NCBI RefSeq assembly: GCF_028641065.1
Contig: NC_073378.1
Coordinates: forward strand, 127,224,001 to 127,288,000
DNA length: 64,000 bases
Origin: Leucoraja erinacea
Taxonomy: Eukaryota
Reading direction: 5' to 3'
Positions 10,569 to 23,021 of this stretch are shown here, piece by piece. A program made the position numbers and the translations under genes. Position 1 is the first letter of the stretch; each line of letters starts with the position of its first letter. The notes beneath the pieces were generated by a model. That model had not been told where the DNA came from. It was given only the letters and a program-made list of their open reading frames with translations, and ran no database searches.

Positions 10569-11709
10569 TTGCAAAGAATGCTGTTAAAGAGATGGTTATG
10601 GATGGCAGGATCTTTGGCAGTCTAAAGAGATTTACAGAAACTAAGATGAAAGCTTCGAGTGCCAGCAAAGGGTCATGCTCATCTTTGCTGGCAGTAAAAA
10701 CAAGTAAAAGCAAAAGGGATTCTTTTATTTTGTGATGTCTCTGACGTTGTACAACTGTCCTTCCAGTCTTGTGTGTATAACCTCCCCAGGCACTACGGCA
10801 TCTGGGCCTGTATAATATATGGATACTTTACCTTCTGCAGTGCCCTTGCTGAAAGAGGTGTGTTGTATCGCATGCTTACTAGATTCATCAAAAAAATGTA
10901 CATGTATTGAATATGCTTCCCTTGAGGGGATGAGTGCCTCCTCCCCAACATACTGGGATGCATGCAAATGTTGAAAGATGTTGTCAGCTTTACAAAACAC
11001 TATTGGTATTTTCCCACTCTCACTGCCTCACCATTTTTGTAACCAGTCTGTTTCTCGATTGAACGAAAGACAAATGAAGCATGTAGACATGCGAGTGTCT
11101 TGCAGCTCACATTCCCATTGACTGCACCTGATAGCGATCGTTGCCAAGGAAACGGGGCAGCATTCACTTTCAATGCACAGGCAATTATTTTTAAAAGCCA
11201 CCAAACAGTGTGTTTAAGAAACAAACATCGTGATTTATTGCAAATGATGAATCTCAGAGTTGTCAGATGATATTAGGAAAATTCTGACTTGTTCTCAACA
11301 TATCTGCTTGTGTTCGCTTTAATGCAATCATAATTTTGTGAGGGAGGCTGATTTCAAGTTAGTGTGCCTTCATTGCATGCAGGTGGTTCATGAAAATGTC
11401 AGATCGCAGCACTAAAAATTCTGTTCCATTCACAAAACTGGGCGTAGCAAATAATTGATTCTATGCAAACAGGGATTTGCATTTTATCAGTCCTGCATTC
11501 TTTTATCCTGATGGTGCTCCTAATCGGAGTGTTTATTTTCCATAAATGTACGATCTAATATCTGTGTAGCAATATCATGGATTTAGGTTGGCAACTGTGA
11601 TTGAATGTAATACTGAAGGCTTTTGTCCCCCATATTATCTCCTGTTTATAACTGCTCCACCTCGACGTTGCACCCACTGGTTGCCTGCACATCTATCTAT
11701 GTCTATTTG

Positions 11710-11900
11710 CAGATAGACACAAAAAGATGGAGTAACTCACACCGTTCTTTAGATTCCTTTTCTCCAGAGATGCTGCCTGACCCGCTGAGTTAGGCTCAGG
11801 CTCCAAAGAAGGGTCTCGACCTGAAACATCACCTATTGCTTTCCTCCAAAGATGCTGTCTGACCCGCTGAGTTACTCCAGCTTTTTTGTGTCTATCTTCA
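11710..11900 (+). mobile_element. Rearranged PLE pLTR fragments
   Basis: A short minus arm followed by two plus copies of gatgctgcctgacccgctgagtta. Confidence 0.7.
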
Positions 11901-11925
11901 ATGCAAGTTAATATTGAACTCCTTT

Positions 11926-12475
11926 CATAAGATCATAAGTGATAGGAGAAAATTTAGGCCATTCGGCCCATCATGTCTAACATGCCATTCAATCATGGCT
12001 GATCTATCTCTTCCTCCTCACTCCATTTTGCTGCCCTCACATAACCCCTGATACCTGTACTAATCAAGAATCTATCTATCTCTGCCTTAAAAAGTATCCA
12101 TTGACTTGGCCTCCACAGCCTTTTGTGGCAAAGAATTCCACAGATTCACCACCCTCTGACTACAGAAAGTCCTCCTCGTCTCATTCCTAAAGGAACGTCC
12201 TTTAATTCTGAGGCTACTCTAGTCCTAGACTCTCCAACTCATGGAAACATCCTCTCCACATTCACTCTATCCAAGCCTTTCACTATTCAGTACGTTTCAA
12301 TGAGGTCCCCCCCTTATTCTTCTAAACTTTAGCAAGTACAGACCCAGTGCCATCAAACGCTCATCATATGTTTTACCCATTCATTCCTGGGTTCATTCTT
12401 GTAAACCTCCTCTGGACCCTCTCCACTACCAGCACATCTTTACTCAGATATGGTGCCCAGAATTGCTCGCAATCT
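11926..12475 (-). mobile_element. CR1 LINE 3' fragment
   Basis: Reverse complement of the CR1 ORF2 end (RVVNLWNSLPQK) and 3'UTR. Confidence 0.88.
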
Positions 12476-12964
12476 TGCAATGAATGAATAAATACATGCT
12501 GGAAATTGTTCAGCCATCTCCCAACCTGTTTTTCCACCTAGCAGCACATTTTTGTAGACATTCGGTTCTAATGGACATTTTAAACAGCTCATTAATGAAT
12601 TGCTTATTCGCTCTTTTTAAGATTAGTAATTTAAATATCAATTGAACCATTAACATTGGCTAATGTTTTTGATTGCGTTGACAATCCCAATTTGCTATGC
12701 TAAATGCATTGCCAATCAGTAGTAATCAGTGCTCTAAATAGCTAAACCACAATAACAGCGGGATCCCGATGTGATGATTATCCCATTATATTAATCATTT
12801 GGGCAACTGGTCAAATTGATCACAAACCAGAACCAATTGGAATTACATCTCTATTGTACTCATAATAGTAGCTGCAGTCAGTTTGGCATTTTCACAACAT
12901 AATCAGCAAATGGTAGAACTGGAACACATTTAGTAGCATATCCACCCCACAGTAAATTTTGTAT

Positions 12965-13332
12965 ATGTAGGAACTGCAGATGTTAGTTTACATTGAAGAT
13001 AGACCCAAAATGCTGGAGTAACTCAGCAGGACAGGCAGCATCTCTGGAGAGAAGGAATGGGTGATGTTTCAGGTGTTCTATCTTCGATGTAAACCGGCAT
13101 CTGCAGTTCCTTCCCACACATTTCATCTGCTGTAAAATCTCCTCAAAGTACGCCGACTTTGAAGAAGTTCTCCTTCTCTCTCTGAGGAGAGTTCGACAGA
13201 GTCCGAAGAAGGGTCTCAACCCGAAACGTCACCTATTCCTTCTCTTCAGAGATGCTGTCTGTCCCGCAGAGTTGCTCCAGCATTTTGTGTCCACCTTCGG
13301 TTTAAACCAGCATCTGCAGTTCCTTACTACAC
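12965..13332. mobile_element. Composite inverted/tandem PLE pLTR insertion
   Basis: A minus arm (12965-13075) and two plus arms, one running into a downstream PLE extension also seen inverted at 14150-14235. Confidence 0.75.
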
Positions 13333-13558
13333 ACTGCAATAATCTTTGATACATTCAGCTTCCAAAGTCCAAAGGCTGGCTGACAACATGTAAAATATAA
13401 ACATTTTGACATGGTGTGTTGACGTCCATAAAGGTGAAAATATTTTGAGCAGAATTAAGGACAAGGGGACCAGAATAACAATCTGCACTTGCTGTGCATG
13501 ACATTTGCAGATGCTCAAAACTGTGCCCTGCACGTTTGCTGACTGTTCTCACAAGTAA

Positions 13559-13930
13559 AGGGCCTGTCCCACTTTCCTGAGTTATTCACGAAATGTCCTA
13601 AGTTTTCAATCTCGCAGAATGTTCGTAACGAGTCTGTAGGAGGCCGTAGGAGTCCGTGGATATATCATAGCGGCCCCTTATGCCAGCCGTAGGTACCCGG
13701 GACATCAGGTAAGTCGGGACGTTTTTTCCAGCATGATGAAAAATGTCCACGAGTAAAAAAATAGCCCCCGAGTACCTACGGCTGGCTTAACGAGCTGCTA
13801 CAATATATCCACAGACTCCTACGGCCTACTATGGACTCGTTACGAACATTCTGCGAGTTTGAAAACTCGGAGGAATTCGTGAATAACTCAGGACAATTCG
13901 TGAATAACTCGGGAAAGTGGGGCAGGACCT
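13559..13930. mobile_element. PIF/Harbinger-type MITE
   Basis: TAA|AGGGCCTGTCCCACTT...AAGTGGGGCAGGACCT|TAA with long imperfect palindromic arms. Confidence 0.88.
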
Positions 13931-14149
13931 TAATGCCGTAGATTTACAGCAAGTGCTGATTGTTATTTTGGCCCAAGTCCATAGTTCTGTTTAAATATCT
14001 CGTTTGATTTCCAGCACATGTAACCACGACTGAAGGGCAGCTACCCATAGACCATTTAGAAATATAGAAAGAATGAATGAAAGATGTGCAAAGAGTCGAA
14101 GAACAGGAGGAATCACGGTGGGGGGTGGGGGGGGGAGCAAAGAGAAGGG

Positions 14150-14441
14150 GTGTTGCAGGATTCTCATCGGAGAGAGGAGAACTTTTTCAAAGTAGGCAAA
14201 CCTTCAGGAGATTACGGTGTGGAGCAGACAAAATGTGGAGGAAGGAACTGCAGATGCCGGTTTACATCGAAGATATTAAACACCTTTTGCCTGGCTCTAC
14301 GACCTTTTGCATATCTTTCCTTCATTTTTTTCTATATCTCTCTCTTTCACCTTCTACATCTCTCGTTTTCCTTTCCCCTGACTCTCAGTCTGAAGAAGGG
14401 TCTCGACCCGAAACGTCACCCACTCCTTTTCTCCAGAGATG
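14150..14441. mobile_element. PLE fragments (inverted piece, 3'UTR and intact hammerhead-like core)
   Basis: Pyrimidine-rich UTR followed by ctgaagaagggtctcgacccgaaacgtc. Confidence 0.8.
14390..14417 (+). ncRNA. Minimal type I hammerhead ribozyme motif (representative copy)
   Basis: CUGAAGA-A-[GGGUC UC GACCC]-GAAA-CG-UC. Identical copies at 57474-57501 (+) and 29910-29937 (-). Activity is not shown. Confidence 0.7.
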
Positions 14442-14670
14442 GGCAGTCGCGGTGGCACAGCGGTAGAATTGCTGCCTTACAGCAAAAGGCGGTGCCAAAG
14501 ACCCAGGTTCGATCCCGACTACGGGTGCTGTCTGTACGGAGTTTGTACGTTCTCCCCGTGATCTGCGTGGGTTTTCTCTGAGAACTTTGGTTTCCTCCCA
14601 CACTCCAAAGACGTACAGGTGTGTAGGTAAATTGGTTTGTTTAATTGGCTTGATAAAATGTTAAATTGTC
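14442..14670 (+). mobile_element. HE1 V-SINE
   Basis: A box, B box and V-domain. Confidence 0.88.
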
Positions 14671-15189
14671 CAAGTTGACGATATGCAGAGTACTGCCCTG
14701 CCGACTACAAAATTCAGAAGGTTCAGAAGGATGTTGCCTGACTCGCTGAGTGGCTCCAGCTTTTTGTGTGTATCTTCGATTCAAACTAGCATATGCAGTT
14801 CTTTCCTACACATCATTACGAAATATTTGACACAGATTGGGATAAGTTATTAATTATTTTAAATAAAATAATTAATTTCGAGCCCACCGCGCAAGTTTTG
14901 CAAAGACATCAACTTTTAGATCTTCATTGAGCCACCTCTAAAGCAGTAACACAACCTTAAGTTTATCCGAAATATCAACCACTACACTGGGCATAAATCC
15001 CCTACTTATCTTTGAAAAAGTATATGGAGTCTATTGATGGCTCAGGCAGAATATCAATTTATTCCACATCTGAAAGGCAAAGCCTCTGGGAGTGCAGTAT
15101 ATCCTTCACACAACACCAAAGTAAAAGCCAAGGTTTATCATGCGTGACTTAAGTACATAACCTATGTCACAAAGGCAAGCTACAGATAC

Positions 15190-15660
15190 TTTAGTTTAGT
15201 TTAGAGATACAGAGGCCCACCTTTGGCCCACCAAGTCCGCACTGATCCCCGCACACTAACACTATCCTACACACACCAGGGACAATTTACACTTATACCA
15301 AGCCAATTAACCTACAAACCTGCACGTCTTTGGAGTGTGGGAGGAAGCCGAAAATCTCGGAGAAAACCCACGTGGTCACGGGGAGAACGTACAAACTGAT
15401 ACAGACAGTATCGAGTGTCTGGCGCTGTAAGGCAGCAACTCTACTGCTGTGCCACCATGCCGCCCTAAAAAAAAAAATGATCTTCATGACCATCACCTCA
15501 CTGCATTGGCCTTCCCTAATTCTTGTAAAGTGCCATTAGTTTGTCATTCCTCTTGGAAAGACTCAGACTCTGTACAGACAGCACCCGTAGTCGGGATCGA
15601 TCCCGGGTTTCCGGCGCTGCAAGCACTGTAAGGCAGCAACTCTACCGCTGCGCCACCGTG
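15190..15660 (-). mobile_element. HE1 V-SINE (15190-15465) and a HE1 head fragment (15568-15660)
   Basis: Reverse complement of the HE1 head, V-domain and tail. Confidence 0.85.
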
Positions 15661-15849
15661 GCTGCCGGTGACATCAAATACTTGATATCAACACGCCCTT
15701 GGACCTCAGCACACACCTTCCTGATCTCAGTATCCTCCTTGTCTTTCAGAAGAAGGGTCTCGACCCGAAACGTCATCTATTCCTTCGCTCCACAGACGCT
15801 GCCTCACCCGCTGAGTTTCTCCAGCATTTTTTTTGTCTACCTACCATTA

Positions 15850-17060
15850 CAAAGTACTCATTTTGTATCTCACCTACTTCTTCTAGCTCCAGGCATAAAT
15901 TCCTCCCTATTTCCTTTGTCCTTTAGAGATCCTACCCTCTCCCCAGTTACACTCTTGTTCTTTTATGTACAAATAAAAATCCCCTGGCATTCTCTTATCT
16001 TTATCTTTATTTTGTGGCCCCTTTTAGCTTTGATGGCGTTATTTTTTGCTTCCTTCAGGGACCCTGTCTTATTTCAGCTGCCTATATCTCTTGGACTAAA
16101 TTTGCACCATCCATCTTCATCCAAAGTTCCTGGACCTTGCCATTGTTTTTGTTCTTCCTCACAGGATTTGGTCCCGAATTCTGACCAGCTTGGCCATAAG
16201 ATGACTGGCACATGCCAGATGATGATTTACCAAATGAAAAGCCACTCACAATCTATTCTCTCCAGCCTCCCCTCAATTACTGTTGTCGATAGCCTCTTCC
16301 AATTGAGTAAATTCCCCTGAGACCTCATCTTAACCTTATCCAAATCCATCTGAAAACCCATAGAATTATGATCACTCTTAACAAAATGCTTTCCTACTCA
16401 AACTCCAATCATTTGGCTAGGCCCATTTCCCAATAGAAATTCTGGGATGGGCCCTTCTCTGGTTGAGCTATTGACATATAGTTTCAAGGAACCCCCCATG
16501 AATGCAACTTAGAAATTCTGTTCCATCTATGCCTCAAGCACTAAAGGGCCTGTCCCACTTACGCGATTTTTTTGGGGACTGCCGGCACCTGTCATAGTCA
16601 CAGCAGGTCAGCGAAAATTTTCAACATGTTGAAAATCTAGCAGTGACCAGAACAAGGTCTTTGCGGACTACTCACGATCATACAGGCTTCACCCCGCAAC
16701 ATGTCGCCAGGGTGTCTGTCACCTGTATGGTCGTGAGTCGTCTCCTCAGTCGCCCAAAGAGTCGTAGCGTCTTTCTGGTCGCCGCTGAATTTTCAACGTT
16801 GAACATTTTCGGCGACCTGCAACGACCTATGACGGGTGCCGGCAGTGGCCGAAAAAGTCACGTAAGTGGGACAGGCCCATAAGGGAGTCACCGAGCATGA
16901 CATACCTGATGCTTTCACATCTTTCCATAATTTGCCTATATATCTGTTCCTTGATCTCCCACTGGTTAGTGTGGGACCAAAAGTATAGCTCCATCAGAGT
17001 AATTGCACATTTCTTATTCCTGAGCTCTAGCCATATGGCCTTACTTGATTATCTCCCCCA
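15850..17060 (-). mobile_element. Old CR1 fragment, AP-endonuclease region, interrupted by a MITE
   Basis: Minus strand gives AIWLELRNKK and VGKHFVKSDHNS (APE SDH motif), with stops and frameshifts. Confidence 0.7.
16545..16879. mobile_element. PIF/Harbinger-type MITE
   Basis: TAA|AGGGCCTGTCCCACTTACG...CGTAAGTGGGACAGGCCCA|TAA. Confidence 0.9.
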
Positions 17061-17070
17061 GATCAATCGT

Positions 17071-17831
17071 CTGTCCCACTGCGGCGACCTAATCTGCGAG
17101 TTTAGAAGAGTTTGCCCTCGACTCAAACTCGCAGCATGGTCGACACGTGGTCCTAGGAGGTCCCACGAGGTCACTGGAACTCTCCTTCTTGCTCGAGGGA
17201 AGTTCCCGAATACACGCGGCCTCAGCTAGGTCGCGGAAAAATTTTCAGCAAGTTGAACATTTTTCTGCGAGTAAACATTGGTCAGCATGGTTGTTTTAAA
17301 CTCGTGGTGCAGTGGAATGGGGTCGCTATGCAGTTACAGGCAGTCGACGGCAGCCGTAGGCAATCGCTTCGCTGACTGGGCATTTTAAATGACTCCCCCC
17401 CCCCCCCACGCTCTCTAAAGGACTTACTGTACACTGTGCAGCCGTCTTTTACCTTCCTCTTCATCGCGGGTGTGATTTTTGGACAGCGCTCCCCCGCTTT
17501 NNNNNNNNNNNNNNNNNNNNNNNNNNNNNNNNNNNNNNNNNNNNNNNNNNNNNNNNNNNNNNNNNNNNNNNNNNNNNNNNNNNNNNNNNNNNNNNNNNNN
17601 NNNNNNNNNNNNNNNNNNNNNNNNNNNNNNNNNNNNNNNNNNNNNNNNNNNNNNNNNNNNNNNNNNNNNNNNNNNNNNNNNNNNNNNNNNNNNNNNNNNN
17701 NNNNNNNNNNNNNNNNNNCATCGCTGACAGTCGATCCAGCTCGAGGTTTTCCAGGTGAGTGCCCTCGAGCTTGAAGGTCGAAGACACTCTTCTGAATTCG
17801 CGGATTTGGTCGCCGCAGTGGGACAGCCCCT
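17071..17831. mobile_element. PIF/Harbinger-type MITE spanning the gap at 17501-17718
   Basis: ctgtcccactgcggcgacc...ggtcgccgcagtgggacagcccct; the left arm is homologous to the 28846 element. Confidence 0.8.
17501..17718. other. Assembly gap
   Basis: Run of N. Confidence 1.
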
Positions 17832-18119
17832 TCAGGGGAAGGGTCCCGACCCAAAATGTCAACCACCCTTTTCCTTCAGAGACGCTGCCTGACCCGCTGA
17901 GTTACTCCAGCATTCTAAGTGCAGCTGCGTAATTCCCCCCGATCACTAGTGAAACTCTCCCGCACCTCTGTTTACATTCACAGTCGAGTGTGAAACATCA
18001 AAGCCCTGGAACATTGTTGAGCTTCCAATCCGGCCGTTTTCACAACCAAGTCTCCGTCAATACCCACAACATTGTAGTTCCATGCACAAATCCAGCTTCT
18101 GAGCTCATCGGCCTTTCCC

Positions 18120-18590
18120 AATCAATCAATCAACCTTTATTGTCATCTTGCAAGCAACAGTTGTACAGTGCAAAATGAAAAGACGTTTCCCAGTGAATAG
18201 CGGAGCATCGCACATGAAATTTAAAACATTTCACACATAATAACACTAAAAACAATCCAGTCCCTGATGGAACAGTATAAATATTTAAAAGCAGGTAAAA
18301 CACAATGTTAAATTACAATAAACCAATCATAAAAATGTCCGGGGCAGCTGATTTGAGTGGCCAGTGCCAGTTATTAAAGTGTCCGTGCCAGCCGCAGAAT
18401 CAAGTGACTGTGAGTACAGAGTGACTGTTTAGCAGCCTCACAGCCTGTGGTAGGAAGCTGTTTAGCAGTCTTGTAGTCCGGGCTTTGATGCTGCGATATC
18501 TCTTGCCTGATGGCAGGAGATCCAGGTGTATGTGGAGGGGGTGCAGTTTGTCCTTAGCAATTCTCTGAGCTTTTTTCAGACAGTGGCTCT
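18120..18590 (-). mobile_element. Rex1/Babar LINE 3' fragment with (attg)n tail
   Basis: Minus strand reads HCLKKAQRIAKDKLHPLHIHLDLLPSGKRYRSIKARTTRLLNSFLPQAVRLLN. Confidence 0.85.
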
Positions 18591-18704
18591 TCCCATCAGT
18601 TCTCCTTGCGCCTAAAAAAATACTTTATGGCCCATCAGCCCCGCTGCGTTCATTAACCTGGCCCTGCCTGTCCTTCCTTCCTTTCAGACTCACTTGACCA
18701 TCCT

Positions 18705-18915
18705 TCCATGTGGTGGTGGACAACTGAACGGCTAACAGTGGGGAGCTCAACATCAACGATGGTAGGGACCCAAGCATGAGGTGCTAATGTCTGAAGCATT
18801 CAGCAAGATGCGCCAGAGAAATGATCCATCTCGGCCTCCTCCTGTGACCCCCCCACCGCATCACAGAAGCCCGTCTCCAGCCAATTCAATTCACTCCACG
18901 TGATATCAAGAAACG
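18705..18915 (+). mobile_element. Old L2/CR1-group LINE internal fragment
   Basis: WWWT...DPSRPPP...ITEARLQPIQFTPRDIKK resembles the linker between endonuclease and RT domains (recognised from memory of this LINE group). Confidence 0.55.
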
Positions 18916-20084
18916 ATAGCTCTTTTTGCTCCCGTTTTGCTAGAGACTGTGAATGTACAGTACTTGCCCTCACAACCCACAACTGCATAGACATCACTCT
19001 ATGAAGCAGTGCAATACCTGCACATACTGTGACCAAAAAAATGTGGTTACCTTAGTATTAACTAAATAGATGACTGAAATGCCTGGCAAACAAACACTGC
19101 ACCAAGAAAGGAAACCTCCTTTCAACATGTGCATGTTTTAAATTAGGGAGTGCTGCATCTTCATTTAGCCCAAAGACATTCTCCAAACATAATGACCAAA
19201 TGAAATCCCGTTTTTCAATTGCTTTGCTATTCTCTTGCTGCCAACCGTTGTACACTCACCATTCTGAATCAAGTTTTTTTTACCCAGTGGAGTGTCTCTT
19301 TTCAACTTGTTTAGCACTTGGATTGCAAGTTAGTTCACGAGATTCAGTTTCAAAAAGGTATTAGGAAATAACACGGCATAAAACACTGTTCTCTCCATAG
19401 ATGCTGCCGCACCCGCTGAGTTTCTCTAGCACTTTTGTCTACCTTCGATTTTCCAGCATCTGCAGTTCCTTCTTGAACATTGTTCAAATGTTATTCTGCG
19501 ATGTAAGCTGAGTCAAGAAACATTTCATTTCATGTTTTATGTGTCATTCCTAACTGTCACTGTATGTCATGTTGTCACTTGTGGGCGGAGCATCAAGGCA
19601 AGTTCCTTGTATGTGAATACTTGGCCAATAAACTTATTCATTCATTCATAAATGTATTCATTCATTTACTTGGAGTGGACTGGTGTGAAAGCAAAATACC
19701 TGCTGCAATGAACACAAGGACCATAGAGTCCCAGATGCGACCCACAATCTTTGCTGAGTTAGTCGAAGCAGCTGCTTTTGTATTAGTCTGTTTCAATTTG
19801 AAGATTTTGTAAATTGACATCAATGACACAGCTCCTGGCACCTAAATGGATAAAAGCAGTTCCTTTATCCCAACAGCCTTGCTCTTACAACTAATGGATT
19901 AGCATATTTTGTCAGAGGTTAAGCAGTCCAAGGATTTACACTCTTGCTGCTGGAAAGGAATTAGCAGAAAGACCACAAATGTTATTAAATCCACTTGACA
20001 GACCTATAGGCACAAATGCCAAAAGACGCCTTTACAAAATAAACAACCCTTCATGGAAGTTGTCAACGCACAGCAAACACTTTT

Positions 20085-20615
20085 TTTGTAGGAAGGAACT
20101 GCAGATGCTGGTTGAAACCGAAGATAGACACAAAATGCTGGAGTAACTCAGCGGGACAGGCAGCATCTCTGGAGAGAAGGAAAGGGTAACATTTCGGGTC
20201 AATAGACAATAGACAATCGGTGCACGAGTAGGCCATTTGGCCCTTTGAGCCAGCACCGCCATTCAATGTGATCATGGCTGATCATCCCCAATCAGTTCCC
20301 CGTTCCTGCCTTCTACCCATATCCCCTGACCGCTATTTTGTAAGAGCCCTATCTAGCTCTCTCTTGAAAGCATCCAGAGAACCTGCCTCCACCGCCCTCT
20401 GAGGCAGAGAATTCCACAGACTCACCACTCTCTGTGAGGAAAAATGTTTCCTCGTCTCCGTTCTAAATGGCTTACTCCTTATTCTTAAACTGTGGCCCCT
20501 GGTTCTGGACTCCCCCAACATCGGGAACATGGTTCCTGCCTCTAGCGTGTCCAAACTGAAGAAGGTCTGAAGAAGGGTCTCGACCAGAAAGGTCACCCAT
20601 TCCTTCTATCCAGAG
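20085..20615. mobile_element. Opposed PLE pLTR pieces enclosing a minus-strand CR1 3' fragment (20201-20553)
   Basis: ORF 20333-20596 includes LDTLEAG.MFPMLGESRTRGHSLRI...QRVVSLWNSLPQ. Confidence 0.82.
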
Positions 20616-21060
20616 ACACTTTAAAAAAATCCCTTAATGCTCTTAAAAATCCCTCAATGCTCACCTGCAGCATCTTTCAATGACTGGATCTAAGTCATTA
20701 CATTGTTGATTATAAGTATACACAACAATTCGTCGACAGATCCTGAAGATCAAGGTTGCTTCATTTCCAGTTTTGTAGGTTCTAGTCTAGTTTATTGTCA
20801 CATGCACCGTGGTAGAGTGAAAAGTTTTTGTTGCGTGCTATCCAGTCAGCAGAAAGATAGTACATGATTCAGGTGGGAACTCCAAAGAAATATCCCGACC
20901 CAAAACGTTGTCCGTCCTTTCCTTCCACAGACCCGCTGAGTTACTCCAGCACTTTGTTTTTTTCCCTCAAGTTATCGAGGATCTCTCACAGTCTGAGATA
21001 AGAAAAATTATACGTGAAAGTAATTAAACAAGTATCGTAACTGTGTGTGCATCAAGGGAT

Positions 21061-21525
21061 AATGATTCCTGAGATGTCAGGACTGTCTTATGAAGAAAGA
21101 CTGGATAGACTTGGTTTATACTCTCTAGAATTTAGGAGATTGAGAGGGGATCTTATAGAAACTTACAAAATTCTTAAGGGGTTGGACAGGCTAGATGCAG
21201 GAAGATTGTTCCCGATGTTGGGGAAGTCCAGGACAAGGGGTCACAGCTTAAGGATAAGGGGGAAATCCTTTAAAACCGAGATGAGAAGAACTTTTTTCAC
21301 ACAGAGAGTGGTGAATCTCTGGAACTCTCTGCCACAGGGGGTAGTTGAGGCCAGTTCATTGGCTATATTTAAGAGGGAGTTAGATGTGGCCCTTGTGGCT
21401 AAGGGGATCAGGGGGTATGGAGAGAAGGCAGGTACGGGATACTGAGTTGGATGATCAGCCATGATCATATTGAATGGCGGTGCAGGCTCGAAGGGCCGAA
21501 TGGCCTACTCCTGCACCTAATTTCT
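21061..21525 (+). mobile_element. Young CR1/HER1 3' fragment with open ORF2 C-terminus
   Basis: ORF 21047-21445: LSYEERLDRLGLYSLEFRRLRGDLIETYKILKG...GYGEKAGTGY. Confidence 0.95.
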
Positions 21526-21554
21526 AATGGGGATAGAAGATCCAGAGTGAGTAA

Positions 21555-21812
21555 AGGGCCTGTCACATTTGGCGATTTTTTTCAGCGGCTTCCGGCGTCA
21601 ATGACTGGCGTATCCGCTCACCAAAAAAATTGCAGCGTGATGTTGCGTAACGCGGCGGTGAGGCGGCGTGATGATGTATGACGCGCGATGTTGTTTCAAG
21701 TGTCGCAACATTTTTTTTGTCGCTGCTGCATTTTGAAATGTTCAAAATCTTTTGGCGACACTGATATGACGCCGGCAGTCACCGAAAAAATTTGCCAAGT
21801 GGGACAGGCCCT
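21555..21812. mobile_element. PIF/Harbinger-type MITE
   Basis: TAA|AGGGCCTGTCACATTTGGC...GCCAAGTGGGACAGGCCCT|AAA. Confidence 0.85.
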
Positions 21813-22014
21813 AAAGAAGCTGAAAGTAATGAGCATCAGTAGAAAAGAAATATATACAAAAAAGACCTGGTAAAGGACCTGATGATCTACGTACAACTCA
21901 ATGGCACCGAAAGAGGTGGCTCTGAAAATAGCAGATTCACACATTCTCACCGTCCAAAATGCCAACAGATACTGGAATGATTACCACAGTGTAGAGGGCA
22001 GTAAATACGGTTTT

Positions 22015-22970
22015 AGAAAGGGATGAGAGAAAATAGCGAACTACAGGCCAGTTAGCTTGATGTCAGAAGTTGGAGAAGAAAATACAAGAATATTTTATTC
22101 AGGAAGTAATTGTCGGACATTGAGAAAAGTAATCATGATTTTGCATGAACTTAAGTAAGGGAAATGATTTCTGACAAACCTGGTACATTTTGATTGCTGT
22201 TCTAACGAGCAAATAGTTAGTAAATGTTGTGCATTTGAACATCATTAAAACAAGCTTATGGCACAGATTGGCATAGATTGTGTTGGTTTTCTGACAAAAA
22301 ACAGAGAAGGAAACGACAGCTCATTTTTTGGATTAGGAGACGACAATTAGTCGGCCACTGTCGGGTTCAGTGCTGGGACCCCGGCTGTTTACAATCTGTA
22401 TTAATGATATGGACGAGGGGAATGATGCCTTGTACAACATCATTATGCAATGATGTTGTATCATTGTATGATACAAATTCTTCAGTCTGAAGAAGGGTCT
22501 CGACCCAAAACATCGCCTATTTCCTTCGCTCCATAGATGCTGCCTCACCCGCTGAGTTTCTCCAGCATTTTTGTCTATCTTGTATAACCAAATGAGCTGC
22601 TGATACAAAGCTGGGTCACAGTATTGCTCACAAAGTGGATGTAGGGAGACACCGAGGAGTCAGAGGTGGGCAAATTGAATAGGCAAGGACATGGCAAATG
22701 GAATAAATTGTGATGAAATTTAAGATCTTCCACCTTAAGGAAGGGTAGAGGGGTTAAATTCACACGTGGGGCAAGATTAAGCAGATGATGTAAAATTCCT
22801 TTGGATTTTGACTGCAGTGAGATAACTTCAATGAAATATGGTAAACACTTAGAGGAATTGACAGGGTAGATGTTTCCCCTGGCTAAAATGTTCAGATTCA
22901 GAGGTGGAGTCTCAAAATGAGAGGTCAGCCATTCATAACAGAGGCGAGATGAAATGTCTTCACCCAGTGA
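22015..22970 (+). mobile_element. Old CR1 reverse-transcriptase region fragments with a PLE repeat inserted (about 22481-22578)
   Basis: NYRPVSL, LTNL, GSVLGPRLF and INDMDEG remnants. Confidence 0.7.
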
Positions 22971-23021
22971 AGGCCCACCTGCTCTGCAGCCAAAGAGTCT
23001 GCTAATATTTGCATTTTAAAC

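Noticed and set aside
10831-10990. Possible minus-strand exon ending AAG|GTAAAG
   Set aside because: The acceptor is poor, no peptide is recognisable and there is no consistent exon chain.
15541-16320. 259-aa plus-strand ORF, the longest gap-free ORF
   Set aside because: It is a chance read-through across SINE, PLE and antisense CR1 fragments.
21241-21468. Recurrent peptide MIMADHPTQYPVPAFSPYPLIP... (also 7258, 54529, 58200, 58723) suggesting a gene family
   Set aside because: It is the antisense reading of the CR1 3' end.
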